This document shows positions 9,488 through 19,166 of a stretch of 56,211 nt of DNA, in pieces. Within the stretch, counting starts at the first letter, position 1; every line of letters starts with the position of its first letter. The notes beneath the pieces were generated by a model, which made no database searches, was not told the DNA's origin, and worked only from the letters and a program-made list of their open reading frames with translations. The position numbers and the translations under genes were made by a program. This DNA is from a virus (lineage: Duplodnaviria; Caudoviricetes), in the IMG/VR virus record IMGVR_UViG_3300010354_000111, positions 1 through 56,211 of that record. One strand, given 5' to 3'.

Positions 9488-9653
9488 TCTCTGTGTTACC
9501 TTTATAAATTGTACTAGCTATTTTTTGTTTTTGTGAATCTATAGCATCACTAACTCTAGCTGCCATTAAGGAACTAAATTTTTCCATAGCATCATTACTT
9601 CTATCCATAAGAATATCATTCACCATACTATTGATTACTTCAGATTGTTCCAT
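9474..9653 (-). CDS. Prohead core protein (gp67-like), 59 aa
   Basis: Below the ORF-track cutoff. MEQSEVINSMVNDILMDRSNDAMEKFSSLMAARVSDAIDSQKQKIASTIYKGNTENEDV; AGGAG RBS; directly after the portal gene. Confidence 0.75.
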   Translation of the reverse strand: MEQSEVINSMVNDILMDRSNDAMEKFSSLMAARVSDAIDSQKQKIASTIYKGNTENEDV

Positions 9654-9661
9654 AAGTTCTC

Positions 9662-11194
9662 CTAAGGGGCTGTATTATTTATTTGCGGCGCACCATCCAT
9701 TGGCTGAGGCTGAGGGTCAGAACTTATTTCTGTTTGTATTCTCTCTATATCCTCATCAGTCATTCTTAAAATATTTTTCATAACATATTTTTGGCTAAAG
9801 TACATACCCACAAATGGTTGAATCTGTGTTAGGACATCTACCTTATTTCTCAAATTTTCTATTTCTTTAAGTTCAGAAAAATACTTATCTTGTGCAAATC
9901 TAAACTGTATATTCGTATTTACTTCGTTCCAATCATTTTCAGTCATTACACCTTTTAGCAAAAGATTGGTTTTAAGGATATCAAAAAACAATTCAGCAAA
10001 TTTTTTTCTTAATCTAGAAACAAATTTAGCAAATTTTAATTCGTCTCTAGTAATCTCTTCCGCTCTGCCAAACTGAAATCCAGTTTGAGGTTGCATTCTA
10101 GAAATAGGCACATTCAATGCTTGATATACTTTCTGCTGGAAATAATTAATATCATCTATCTGCCCTAAATTTTCTCCACCTGGTAGAGTAGTAATTTCTG
10201 TACCTCTACCTCCTTCTCTTCTAGGCAACCAAAAATCTTCTAGCATAGACATCATTTTACGATCGTCTCTTATTTCACCGGTAGCAGAATCATAAACTAT
10301 TTTATTTCTATATCTTGCCATTACATCTTTTAAATATTGCTCAGCTTTTATCTTTGGCAAGTTTCCAACATCAATATAAAATATTCTTCTTTCAGGCGCT
10401 CTAGACAGTCTATATATAACCAAACCATCTTCCATCATTTTTAATTGATTTATTGGTTTAATAGCCTTATGTAGGTAACTCAATACAACATTTTTTTCTA
10501 AATCCATTAAACCTGACGTAACAAATGATATCGAATCAGTTGAAAGTTTCACGCCTTGATTTGTAGTAGTGGACATTGAATATTGAGGATTGTAATTAAT
10601 ACCTTTTTCATTATAGATGAAAAATTCCTCAACTCTTTTAATTAAATCCACTCCTGTTTTCTGATCCTTTTCCTTATCTATTTTTCGAACTTTACGAATT
10701 TTTCTAGGATCAATATTTCTTACTTCTAAGATACCTCTCTTAGAATTTTTTACATCTATTACTTTTTGATAGTAAATTCTACCATCAATATACCATTGTC
10801 TAAATATATCATATCCTTTAGAATTAAAATTTAATAGTTTTAATACTTCATCAAATTCCTCACGTATTCTCACCTTTATACTATCAGGTAAATCTACGTT
10901 ATCTAGATTTATAACTATAGATTTTTCATTGTCAGTAGAAGCTATAGCCTCAGTTACAATTTCATCGACTGCGGTCGATGCATCAGAATACATCGCAGCT
11001 TCTCTATACCTAGTAATAAGTTCTGCCTCAGATTTAGAAGAGGCATCCAAATCTACATAAGTACCATAGTAACCTGCGCCTGATACTGTCGCCGCCCCAT
11101 CCTCCGCTTCCGGAGGAATAAAGGACTTTGCTCTAGTACCTAATTCATTAACCTCATTACGAGAAATAGTGAAACCAAATAATGATATAGCCAT
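9662..11194 (-). CDS. gp20: Portal vertex protein gp20
   Basis: LFGF, RAPERRIFYIDVGNLPK.KAEQYL, EDFWLPRREGGRGTEITTLPGGENLG. Confidence 0.97.
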   Translation of the reverse strand: MAISLFGFTISRNEVNELGTRAKSFIPPEAEDGAATVSGAGYYGTYVDLDASSKSEAELITRYREAAMYSDASTAVDEIVTEAIASTDNEKSIVINLDNVDLPDSIKVRIREEFDEVLKLLNFNSKGYDIFRQWYIDGRIYYQKVIDVKNSKRGILEVRNIDPRKIRKVRKIDKEKDQKTGVDLIKRVEEFFIYNEKGINYNPQYSMSTTTNQGVKLSTDSISFVTSGLMDLEKNVVLSYLHKAIKPINQLKMMEDGLVIYRLSRAPERRIFYIDVGNLPKIKAEQYLKDVMARYRNKIVYDSATGEIRDDRKMMSMLEDFWLPRREGGRGTEITTLPGGENLGQIDDINYFQQKVYQALNVPISRMQPQTGFQFGRAEEITRDELKFAKFVSRLRKKFAELFFDILKTNLLLKGVMTENDWNEVNTNIQFRFAQDKYFSELKEIENLRNKVDVLTQIQPFVGMYFSQKYVMKNILRMTDEDIERIQTEISSDPQPQPMDGAPQINNTAP

Positions 11195-11201
11195 ATTTTA
11201 T

Positions 11202-11780
11202 TTAAGCATTAAATGTTGTAGTAAAATCAATAATAGTATTCAGCGGATTATTAGTAACGGTGAATGTCTGATATTCAAAACTAACTGTAAAGTCAGATAT
11301 TTGATCATTAGAACCAAAGTTCAAAGGAACGGGTCCTAAATCTCTAGGGAAGGCACTTAATAGTTTATATTCCTTTAATATCTTTCCATTTCTGTCTAGT
11401 TGATAAACATTGACGTCTCTTTGATATTCTGCAGGAACTAATCTACCTGTCTTATTAATTAAATTATCTAAACCATTCATCCATTGCTCTATAGCTGATC
11501 TGATAGAGAAGTCAGAATCGTTTATAACATTAACAGTAAATGGTGCAAAAACTCTATCACCAGCTAATTTAACTTCTCTACCCCTATAAAAGGTAGAGGT
11601 TAATCCTACAGTTTGTCCCGGTAATTCTGCAGCTGTTACTAAGAATGGAGCCCTAGCTACTGCTAAGGCCTGTGATGTAACATACGTAGGGAAACTTAGT
11701 TGGACAGCAAACTGATTAGGTCTAGCGCCACCATTAGTTAACGCTGCCTTAAATCTATCTACATTAAATGCGGTTGACAT
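11202..11780 (-). CDS. gp19: Tail tube protein gp19
   Basis: GGARPNQF, LPG, YRGREVKLAGDRVF, QLDR.G; follows the sheath gene. Confidence 0.93.
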   Translation of the reverse strand: MSTAFNVDRFKAALTNGGARPNQFAVQLSFPTYVTSQALAVARAPFLVTAAELPGQTVGLTSTFYRGREVKLAGDRVFAPFTVNVINDSDFSIRSAIEQWMNGLDNLINKTGRLVPAEYQRDVNVYQLDRNGKILKEYKLLSAFPRDLGPVPLNFGSNDQISDFTVSFEYQTFTVTNNPLNTIIDFTTTFNA

Positions 11781-11795
11781 TTATTACTCTCCTAA

Positions 11796-13445
11796 TTACG
11801 CGCCAACTTCTTCAAAAGAAATGCCTGATCTTGTAGCAATAAAATTCAATTGAATAAAGTTGATAGATCTTGCAGGTTTAATATAAATGTCTGCTACAAA
11901 ATTATTAGTATCTATTACTTCAGCTGTATTATTTGTTTCATCGCAAACTACTCTGAAGTCTGTTATGCCTCGTCTACCTTGCACATCTCTTAGATATGGT
12001 TCCACAAGATTTCTAAATTGAGCTCTTGTAAAAGCGTCATTAAATTCAAATAATTGAAACTTAGCCGCAGTAGCTATAGCTTTTTCTAAAACTATAAACA
12101 ATCTACGAACATTAATTCTATCAAATGCGCTAGGCTTAGTTAATAAAGTCTTATCACCGAAAAGTACTGTGCCTTGACCTGGGAACGTAACAACAGGATT
12201 AACTCCTGCACGATAAAGTGTATCTCTATCTGTTTTCGCTGGAGAGTATGCTAACTTAACTACATTCTTTACACCGCCTCTATTAAATCCAGCAGGTGAA
12301 AACCAAGGATCTGCCACAAAATCAGACCTAGCTGTTAGACCAGCAACGTCACCATTAAGAGGTAACCAACGATATACGTCATTGTATCTATCATATTGAT
12401 ACTTCCAACCAGAGTCGCAAACAGCATATGATGTGCTTCGTAAATTATTTCTAAAAGTGACAACATTAGTTACAGCAACAGTATTGTTTACAACATCAGT
12501 ATATGCTGGTGAACAGAATACCATGCAATCTTTTCTAACTTCAGCAATATTATCTATCACATAATTTACCACAGTTGCATTAGCATCACCTGTAGGAATT
12601 AGGCTTACATCATATAGTTCATCGTTAGCAAATGTATCCCAACCTAATAATAAGTTAGATCCTGATTCTGCAACAACTGCATTTGCTAACAATGTCGTAA
12701 CATTAGAAGCTATATTAGCAAATGAAGTATTTAAGGCAACATTACCCCAATTGGTACCTGATGAAGTATGATTACCCCATCTAATATATGCAGAAGTTCT
12801 ATTAATCACCTCTGCATAATAATTGGAAGAACCATCCAATGACTTAGCATCACTGGCCTTAGATACAAATGAAAATTTTTCTAAAATAGTATTAGCTGTT
12901 CCAGTCCAAGTTCCATCACTATCTAAAACTACAATATGCATTTCGTCATTAGTGCCGCCCTGAGATACTGCATAACTTGATGTAGTTGGTGTGCTATTAA
13001 AACTTGATCTGTATGCCCAGGTACTATAACCTGCACCGTCTGCCATGGAAACTCTTAATTTGTTTCCTAAGAGTCCTGGATATCTAGCTATCCATTCTCC
13101 AGCAGTTGTTTTTGACACTGTATCATAATGATCGTCGTTCTTAACTAAAAGTCCAGCAGAACCCGCAGTAGCATTTCTAGCACTTGTTGGAACTACTCTT
13201 ATCAATTTTAAATTATTACCATACGACAGAAAATTAGCTGCCGTAAAAAATGAAAGGTATGTGTTACCATTAGGTTTACCAAATAACGATACTAGATTTT
13301 TTTCAGAATCTACCAAAGTAACTTGCTCGACTGGGCCCCATTGAAAATGACCAACAAAAGCTCCGGCAGTTGTGGAAACGCTTGGAACACTAAGTGTATC
13401 GTCTCTTTCAGTTACTAGTACACCTGGTGAAAGCTGAAATGCCAT
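11796..13445 (-). CDS. gp18: Tail sheath protein gp18
   Basis: SPGVLVTE, FQWGP, PWFSPAGFNRG, FDRINVRRLF, YIKPARSINFI.LNF. Confidence 0.97.
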   Translation of the reverse strand: MAFQLSPGVLVTERDDTLSVPSVSTTAGAFVGHFQWGPVEQVTLVDSEKNLVSLFGKPNGNTYLSFFTAANFLSYGNNLKLIRVVPTSARNATAGSAGLLVKNDDHYDTVSKTTAGEWIARYPGLLGNKLRVSMADGAGYSTWAYRSSFNSTPTTSSYAVSQGGTNDEMHIVVLDSDGTWTGTANTILEKFSFVSKASDAKSLDGSSNYYAEVINRTSAYIRWGNHTSSGTNWGNVALNTSFANIASNVTTLLANAVVAESGSNLLLGWDTFANDELYDVSLIPTGDANATVVNYVIDNIAEVRKDCMVFCSPAYTDVVNNTVAVTNVVTFRNNLRSTSYAVCDSGWKYQYDRYNDVYRWLPLNGDVAGLTARSDFVADPWFSPAGFNRGGVKNVVKLAYSPAKTDRDTLYRAGVNPVVTFPGQGTVLFGDKTLLTKPSAFDRINVRRLFIVLEKAIATAAKFQLFEFNDAFTRAQFRNLVEPYLRDVQGRRGITDFRVVCDETNNTAEVIDTNNFVADIYIKPARSINFIQLNFIATRSGISFEEVGA

Positions 13446-13493
13446 CTTAATCTCCTAGTGATTATAGTGTCATATGACAACTTGATTACTGAT

Positions 13494-13501
13494 TATTTAT
13501 A
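13494..13501 (-). promoter_or_regulatory. T4-type late promoter TATAAATA within palindrome TTATTTATAAATAA
   Basis: Exact consensus upstream of gp18; the plus strand also reads TATAAATA at 13498-13505. Confidence 0.8.
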
Positions 13502-13512
13502 AATAACCAAAT

Positions 13513-15210
13513 TTAGACATTTTCCATCATCTTTTGTTTTAGCTTTTCCATAGCTTCTGCAGGATTAAGATTGAACCATAAATCGTCCCCTATCTTTTCT
13601 GGAGGGGCAGCATCCGGGACTCCAGTATTTACTACACCAAAAGGTGTTAAGTTTTCTTCGATTTGCTTAGTTTGTTGTTCATAAAGTGCCATTCTCAGAT
13701 TAGAATTAGTTAATTCTTTGAAATACAATTCATTTGTTGCCCATGAGAATATAATTAAAGACATTACCAAATCATCATGGTATCCTTCATCTGCTTTAAA
13801 GGATCCTTTTTGTTCAGTGAATGTGGATATCTCAGAAATTATATCCTTATCTGTGATAATTAATTTTTGTGTTTCTACTAGATTTTTGAACAAAGAACAA
13901 CCAAGTCTTTTGACTTGTGTAGTAGTTCTAAGTCCAAGCATAGTCCCTGTACCGAATCCTCCTGACAAAAATTGTCTTGATTTGCCACTAGCAGTAGAAA
14001 ATATGTTTTCATATTCAAGATCAGTGTATAATGAGTCCACAACTTGTTGCCCTATATCGTTAGTTTCAACTAGGCAAAAAGCATCATTATAATCTCTAGC
14101 AACTTTGTATATTACTGTGGCATATAGAATAGGACTAATCTTATTATTTCTATATTTGGCTACTATTCTAAAAGGATATTCAGTTACATCCATTACTGTA
14201 AACGCAGAATAATCTCCACCGACGCCTCTAGAAGTATCCGCAGAAAGTACATAAGTATGTGGTTTTCTAATTAGTTCACCCTTGTCATTGAAAGCCCCTA
14301 GAATTGGCTCTTCAATAACATCTAAACCTTCATTTTCAAACACATACGGCAAGGGAGACATTCTCGAGATAGCATCTGGAGAAATAAGTGTGTTAGATGA
14401 ACCAAGAAATCTACAAAGTACTTCTTGATTAAACTTAAGTTCTCCAAGTAATGCTTTCTGTTGTGCCGCCCATTCTTCTGTTCTACCAGGTATTTTCCAA
14501 TAAGGAATGAATAGAGATTTAAATCCGTTTAGTCCTTGTTCAGCATCATTCCAGAATTTCCAGAAATGATTATAACCAAAAGGTGTAGATGTAAGGAGTA
14601 TCTTAGTTGTTTCGCCCGCAGAAATTGTCGGATAAACAGATGTGAAAAATTCTTCTGCAACATTGTTTGGAATGATTGCCGCCTCATCAATGTACAACCA
14701 GTTTACAGATTTACCTCGAATACCAGACATACTAGTAGCTGCTGTAAAAACTCGTGAACCGTTTTCTAATTCAATATCACCTTTGTTGAAAGTCTTTACC
14801 CCCTGCTGCATCCATAATGGTAAAGCTTCATACATTACCTGATATCTATGTAAAACTTCTCTAGCAGCAGATGATTTGTTAGCTAAAATGGCAACAGTTT
14901 TTGATTCTTGAAATAAAGTATACCATAGAATACAAGCGGCAGCAGTGATTGTTTTACCCTGTTGGCGCCCTTCCATTAAAATAACTTTACGATTGTTTAA
15001 AATAATATCTACTTTCTCTCTCTGACAATCATATAGTTTGAATGGAACCAATCCTTGATCTAGAGAAACAATCATACAATACGTTTCTATAAAATAGATA
15101 GGGTCTCTTGTACACTTTATTATTTCTTGTACTTGTTCTGGGGTATAATTGATCACTGTCCCAATCTGTTTTAGATTAGGATTACCATTATAAGATATTC
15201 GTTTATTCAT
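13513..15210 (-). CDS. gp17: Terminase large subunit gp17
   Basis: Y.GNPNLK, RQQGKT, YIDEAA, TSTP.G.NHF, DTSRGVGGDYSAF, HDDLVM. Confidence 0.97.
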   Translation of the reverse strand: MNKRISYNGNPNLKQIGTVINYTPEQVQEIIKCTRDPIYFIETYCMIVSLDQGLVPFKLYDCQREKVDIILNNRKVILMEGRQQGKTITAAACILWYTLFQESKTVAILANKSSAAREVLHRYQVMYEALPLWMQQGVKTFNKGDIELENGSRVFTAATSMSGIRGKSVNWLYIDEAAIIPNNVAEEFFTSVYPTISAGETTKILLTSTPFGYNHFWKFWNDAEQGLNGFKSLFIPYWKIPGRTEEWAAQQKALLGELKFNQEVLCRFLGSSNTLISPDAISRMSPLPYVFENEGLDVIEEPILGAFNDKGELIRKPHTYVLSADTSRGVGGDYSAFTVMDVTEYPFRIVAKYRNNKISPILYATVIYKVARDYNDAFCLVETNDIGQQVVDSLYTDLEYENIFSTASGKSRQFLSGGFGTGTMLGLRTTTQVKRLGCSLFKNLVETQKLIITDKDIISEISTFTEQKGSFKADEGYHDDLVMSLIIFSWATNELYFKELTNSNLRMALYEQQTKQIEENLTPFGVVNTGVPDAAPPEKIGDDLWFNLNPAEAMEKLKQKMMENV

Positions 15211-15613
15211 TATCTATAATTTTAGGTTGATTTTTTAGCAACTTCATTAATTCAGATGTAGAACCAGCAAACACTACATTGTTTTGTGTACCTATAGATG
15301 GAGATTGAGAATCATCTTTTAGATCTTTTACCTGTTGTTGCAATCCTATCAAATCTTTCGCTACGTCAGACATAGTTTTAATTAGTTGACCAGCAACTTC
15401 ATATGTTCTAGGATGTTCTGAATTTTTAGCTAGATTAATCATTTCATCTAATGTGTCCTCGCCCTTTATTATTAATTTTCTCAAAGTTGCTCGAGCTAAT
15501 TGATAATCATCATCTCTGTCTGCTTCTATAGATTTTTCAGGCATTACCATAGGTAATTTTTCCTGTTTGGTTTCTATACCAAACAGTTTATCTAATTCAG
15601 GTATATTTTTCAT
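15203..15613 (-). CDS. gp16: Terminase small subunit gp16
   Basis: DDYQLAR..L, A..SEHPR.YEVAGQLIK, NNVVF.GSTSEL. Confidence 0.92.
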   Translation of the reverse strand: MKNIPELDKLFGIETKQEKLPMVMPEKSIEADRDDDYQLARATLRKLIIKGEDTLDEMINLAKNSEHPRTYEVAGQLIKTMSDVAKDLIGLQQQVKDLKDDSQSPSIGTQNNVVFAGSTSELMKLLKNQPKIIDNE

Positions 15614-16365
15614 TAAAAATCTTCAAAAGTTTCTATAAAGTCAATATCATCGCCGGGCTTGGCCGTATTAGGGGATACCTCTACAGTATAAGTCTGTTGC
15701 CTATCACTTAATGCTTTATCATTATACGTCTTTGCAGTAGCTTTTCTAATAATACCTTGTTTGCTTACAGGACCATAGAAATTTAATTTCATTATAAAAC
15801 TTAGTGTCCAAATAATAGATCTTCTAGAAGCGAAATCTCCCTCATACTGATCTTCGTATGATATATTTTCTAAAAGAATAGGTAAATCATTTTTAATATC
15901 TAGTAATGGAACAGCCTTTAAAGTTAAATTATAATCAGGATTGAAGTATGGCAATATCTGTTCAATAATTTGTAATCCATCATCTTGATTTTTAGAATAA
16001 ACATACAAACTTACATTTATGTTGTAAGGAGAAGGTGCGTATTGACCATTCACTGATGTAGTAGTTGTATTTATATTTCTATTTTGAGTAATTGGACTTA
16101 TTTTTCTATTAGGATCATGATATATCCCTGTCATCTCAAAAGACATTCTAGGTAATACTACCTGTATTTTATTTTCTTCCAATACAGGTTGTTGTACTAT
16201 TCTTTGAATAAATTTTTGTTTAGGAGCGTAAGATAACGGAACCTTTATTGTTTGTATTGTACTACCAGAAGAATTTCTTCTTTCTATATAGATGTCGTTA
16301 AACATATTTCCAAAAGCAACGATGGATTTTCTAATGGTCCCCCAATAAAAAGTTTGATTCAACAT
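15613..16365 (-). CDS. gp15: Tail sheath stabilizer gp15
   Basis: FY..TIRK.IVAFG..FN, KVPLSYAPKQKF, LPRMSFE, QIIEQILPYF.P. Confidence 0.93.
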   Translation of the reverse strand: MLNQTFYWGTIRKSIVAFGNMFNDIYIERRNSSGSTIQTIKVPLSYAPKQKFIQRIVQQPVLEENKIQVVLPRMSFEMTGIYHDPNRKISPITQNRNINTTTTSVNGQYAPSPYNINVSLYVYSKNQDDGLQIIEQILPYFNPDYNLTLKAVPLLDIKNDLPILLENISYEDQYEGDFASRRSIIWTLSFIMKLNFYGPVSKQGIIRKATAKTYNDKALSDRQQTYTVEVSPNTAKPGDDIDFIETFEDF

Positions 16366-17114
16366 TACCTGTAAACCTCACCAAATGGATTTCTTTCAGT
16401 AAAATCTAAAATATCATCTATGTTAGTATTAAAATCTTCATTATCCGCAGCTGGATCTTTAGATTGTACTGTATATGATTCTAATACTAATGATGATTCA
16501 GATGTGTATTCTAATAGTAAAGGATCTCCATCCTCTTTGTGAAATTCATATAATTCCAAATCTAATCTTTGATCGTCTAATTGATTATCTATTTCAGCTA
16601 TACCAGTATCAATTCTTTCATCTGAGAATTGATACAATTCGCAATCTAATTTAAATACAAATAATTTTCCTATTTGAAAGAAAGGATCTTCTGCAATAAC
16701 TTTTCTTACTTCAAAAAAAGATTTAGTCATTGGAAAATATAAAAGATCTCCTTCAGCAGGTCTCAATTCTAAAATAGTATTGCCATATCTGCCAACAGAC
16801 TCTAACCATCTTTTTCTAGCAACCACAAATCTGGCAGTATCTCTTAATTCTACACCAAACTTAGATAGTAGTTCACCCTCTCCTTCAAACCCCATAACAT
16901 TTTCCATATACATTTCTATTGGATAAGCATGCTCAAAGGTATTCAAAGGATCCTCACCCAAAACAATATCTTCGTTGAATGTCTTTCTAGGAATATAGTA
17001 TGTTTCAAAACCATAAATTTTCAAACATTCTATAATCAAATCTTCATATAGGTTATGCTCCGACCTTCTACCAATCGGTATACCTGAATGAAAATAATGA
17101 TTAACTGTAGGCAT
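16365..17114 (-). CDS. gp14: Neck protein gp14
   Basis: EDLIIE..KIYG...YYIPR, SKFG, RP.EGDL.YFP, ILDF.E.NPFG. Confidence 0.93.
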   Translation of the reverse strand: MPTVNHYFHSGIPIGRRSEHNLYEDLIIECLKIYGFETYYIPRKTFNEDIVLGEDPLNTFEHAYPIEMYMENVMGFEGEGELLSKFGVELRDTARFVVARKRWLESVGRYGNTILELRPAEGDLLYFPMTKSFFEVRKVIAEDPFFQIGKLFVFKLDCELYQFSDERIDTGIAEIDNQLDDQRLDLELYEFHKEDGDPLLLEYTSESSLVLESYTVQSKDPAADNEDFNTNIDDILDFTERNPFGEVYR

Positions 17115-17121
17115 TTTCTTA

Positions 17122-17150
17122 TTGACTTTCTATAGACAAGGTGTTAGTAT
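17122..17150 (+). promoter_or_regulatory. Sigma70-type promoter, antisense to the late genes
   Basis: TTGACT-N17-TAGTAT with an extended -10 TG, in the gp13/gp14 intergenic gap. Confidence 0.55.
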
Positions 17151-17172
17151 TTGCTTTAAGCCTAGATGATAA

Positions 17173-17916
17173 TTAGCCTACAAACATATCAACAGGTAAT
17201 TCAAATCTACTTTGCATCATATCTTCAATCTGTTTTATTTCAGCTATGGCTTCTTGGTATATTGTGTCACCATTAAGAAGAACTCCACCAGGTAATTGTA
17301 CACCAGAGAATTTCTTTAAGTTAGTTCCCCATTGTCTTTTAAACAAAGCAGTCGTATACATTTTTAAAAAATAATCATCATATACGTCTGTATATGAATC
17401 TGGATCTAATATCCTGTAACACTCAATAATAGCATAGTCTCCTGCTGACACATCAGCAGTCCAATCCCAATCTATATACAGCCTATTCATGTGTCGATTA
17501 AATCTAACCGGTTTAGTACCTACCAATAACTGATTTATTAATTCTAATTCAGTTTTAACTTGATAGTAATAAATCAAATCTGTAGACATTAAAGAATAAA
17601 GATCGTTAACTAATATCTGGTAACGAATGTCAAACATGTTTAATCCTCTTGTTCTATTAGTAAGAGGAAGAATACGATTCACACCAACTACCAAATCGTT
17701 TGTTGTAATGTATCTGTCACTAATATTATTAGCTGTAAATTGGTGTTGTAAATATACCATTTCTACAGCGTCGTAATGATATTCCCTGTAAAACTGAAAG
17801 GCATCATCTATTCTATCTTCTAATTGATCGTCATCCACATTTATTTCAATAACAGGTTTGCCTAAATTTCTTAGACAATATTCCTTTAAATCTTCTCTAG
17901 TGGTTATTTTTGCCAT
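17173..17916 (-). CDS. gp13: Neck protein gp13
   Basis: LKEYCLR.LG.PVIEINVDDDQ.EDRID.A, KRQWG.NL.KF.GVQLPGG. Confidence 0.95.
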   Translation of the reverse strand: MAKITTREDLKEYCLRNLGKPVIEINVDDDQLEDRIDDAFQFYREYHYDAVEMVYLQHQFTANNISDRYITTNDLVVGVNRILPLTNRTRGLNMFDIRYQILVNDLYSLMSTDLIYYYQVKTELELINQLLVGTKPVRFNRHMNRLYIDWDWTADVSAGDYAIIECYRILDPDSYTDVYDDYFLKMYTTALFKRQWGTNLKKFSGVQLPGGVLLNGDTIYQEAIAEIKQIEDMMQSRFELPVDMFVG

Positions 17917-17921
17917 TTATT

Positions 17922-19163
17922 TTACCAGGTTAAAAGGTTAGCTCTTTTCCATGTGTTAGCAGATATACAGATATATATGTAATCATTATCATATCTTATA
18001 TCACCAGGATTGCCACTATCACCTGCAGTTGTAGGTGCGGATAATGATGTTATGCTATTAGCAACTCCATTAGCTGAATAATAAGGTAAACCATTAATGT
18101 ATAGTAATGAATTTTGCACCGAAAGATATCTATTTACACCAAAGAAAACGTTGGCGTTGGATGATAACCAGACATTAAAGAAAGGAGCTGAAGATAACCC
18201 CAAAGTATAAATGTTTGGCGCACTTGGTGCTACATGCGATGTGACATTGGCAATTACAGCAGATACTCTTGTATTGGTAAAATACAGATTAGTTAATTCT
18301 ATGACATTAGATGTAGTTAAATCTACTCTATTAGCTCTTAGATTAATATTTGTAGTTATATTAGCAATGTTGGCATTAAAGCTAGTTAATAAAGCATAAT
18401 TACTTAAAGCTGCTAAATTAGCCTTTAGATCTATATTAGATTGATATACCGTAGTTCTTACATAATTATTAAGATCACTTATGTTAGCCTTAAGTATAAG
18501 ATTAGCATTAATTATATTCACATTGCTAACAAAATCGGCATTAGTCGCATACAAAGATAAATCTGATATATTAGCTTTTAAAATAAGATTAGTATTAATA
18601 CTAGTTACATTTGCTTGTAGTTCTGGTCTTGTTACATACGCAGTTAAATTACTCAAATCAGATACATTAGCTTTCAAATCTAATAAGGGAGATATATTTG
18701 CATATACTCTTGAATTAGTAAAATATAGATTGGAAAGATTTTCTGATATATTTGCTGTAGTTAAATTCAAATTTGCTACAGCTGAATTGACAAGTGTAAT
18801 AATATAACTGCCTGCAGTTGAAGGAATACCTGTTGCCATGGCAGCTGAAATGACAGTAACTGACCCCTCAGCTATTCTTACCACATTGGCACCAATATTT
18901 GCATCTAGACGATACACATATCTTCCTCCTGATAAATTAGCAGTATCTGTAGCTGTAAGATTAAGTCTTACGTTTCCATTACCAGCATCGATGAGAGTCG
19001 CATTAAAAATGGCAGAGGCATTTACGCTATCATATGATTTTTGCATTTGTGCATAAACAGTGTATCCATTTAAAGGCACTATATTTTTATCTTGATCTTT
19101 ATAAACAAAATATTCATTAAAAGTAGTGCCTTGATCTATAACTAAATTTTTTGTTGTTACCAT
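17922..19163 (-). CDS. Virion fibre/whisker-like structural protein
   Basis: N-terminal NLVIDQG..F (BppU-like) domain, repeated LKAN.SDL coiled coil, NLYFTN.RV repeats, C-terminal GDIRYD.DYIYIC..NTWKR. Confidence 0.7.
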   Translation of the reverse strand: MVTTKNLVIDQGTTFNEYFVYKDQDKNIVPLNGYTVYAQMQKSYDSVNASAIFNATLIDAGNGNVRLNLTATDTANLSGGRYVYRLDANIGANVVRIAEGSVTVISAAMATGIPSTAGSYIITLVNSAVANLNLTTANISENLSNLYFTNSRVYANISPLLDLKANVSDLSNLTAYVTRPELQANVTSINTNLILKANISDLSLYATNADFVSNVNIINANLILKANISDLNNYVRTTVYQSNIDLKANLAALSNYALLTSFNANIANITTNINLRANRVDLTTSNVIELTNLYFTNTRVSAVIANVTSHVAPSAPNIYTLGLSSAPFFNVWLSSNANVFFGVNRYLSVQNSLLYINGLPYYSANGVANSITSLSAPTTAGDSGNPGDIRYDNDYIYICISANTWKRANLLTW

Positions 19164-19166
19164 TTT

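Noticed and set aside
2216-15210. Introns or inteins in uvsW, gp23, gp20 or gp17
   Set aside because: The ORFs are continuous, of ordinary length, and their motifs are in order.
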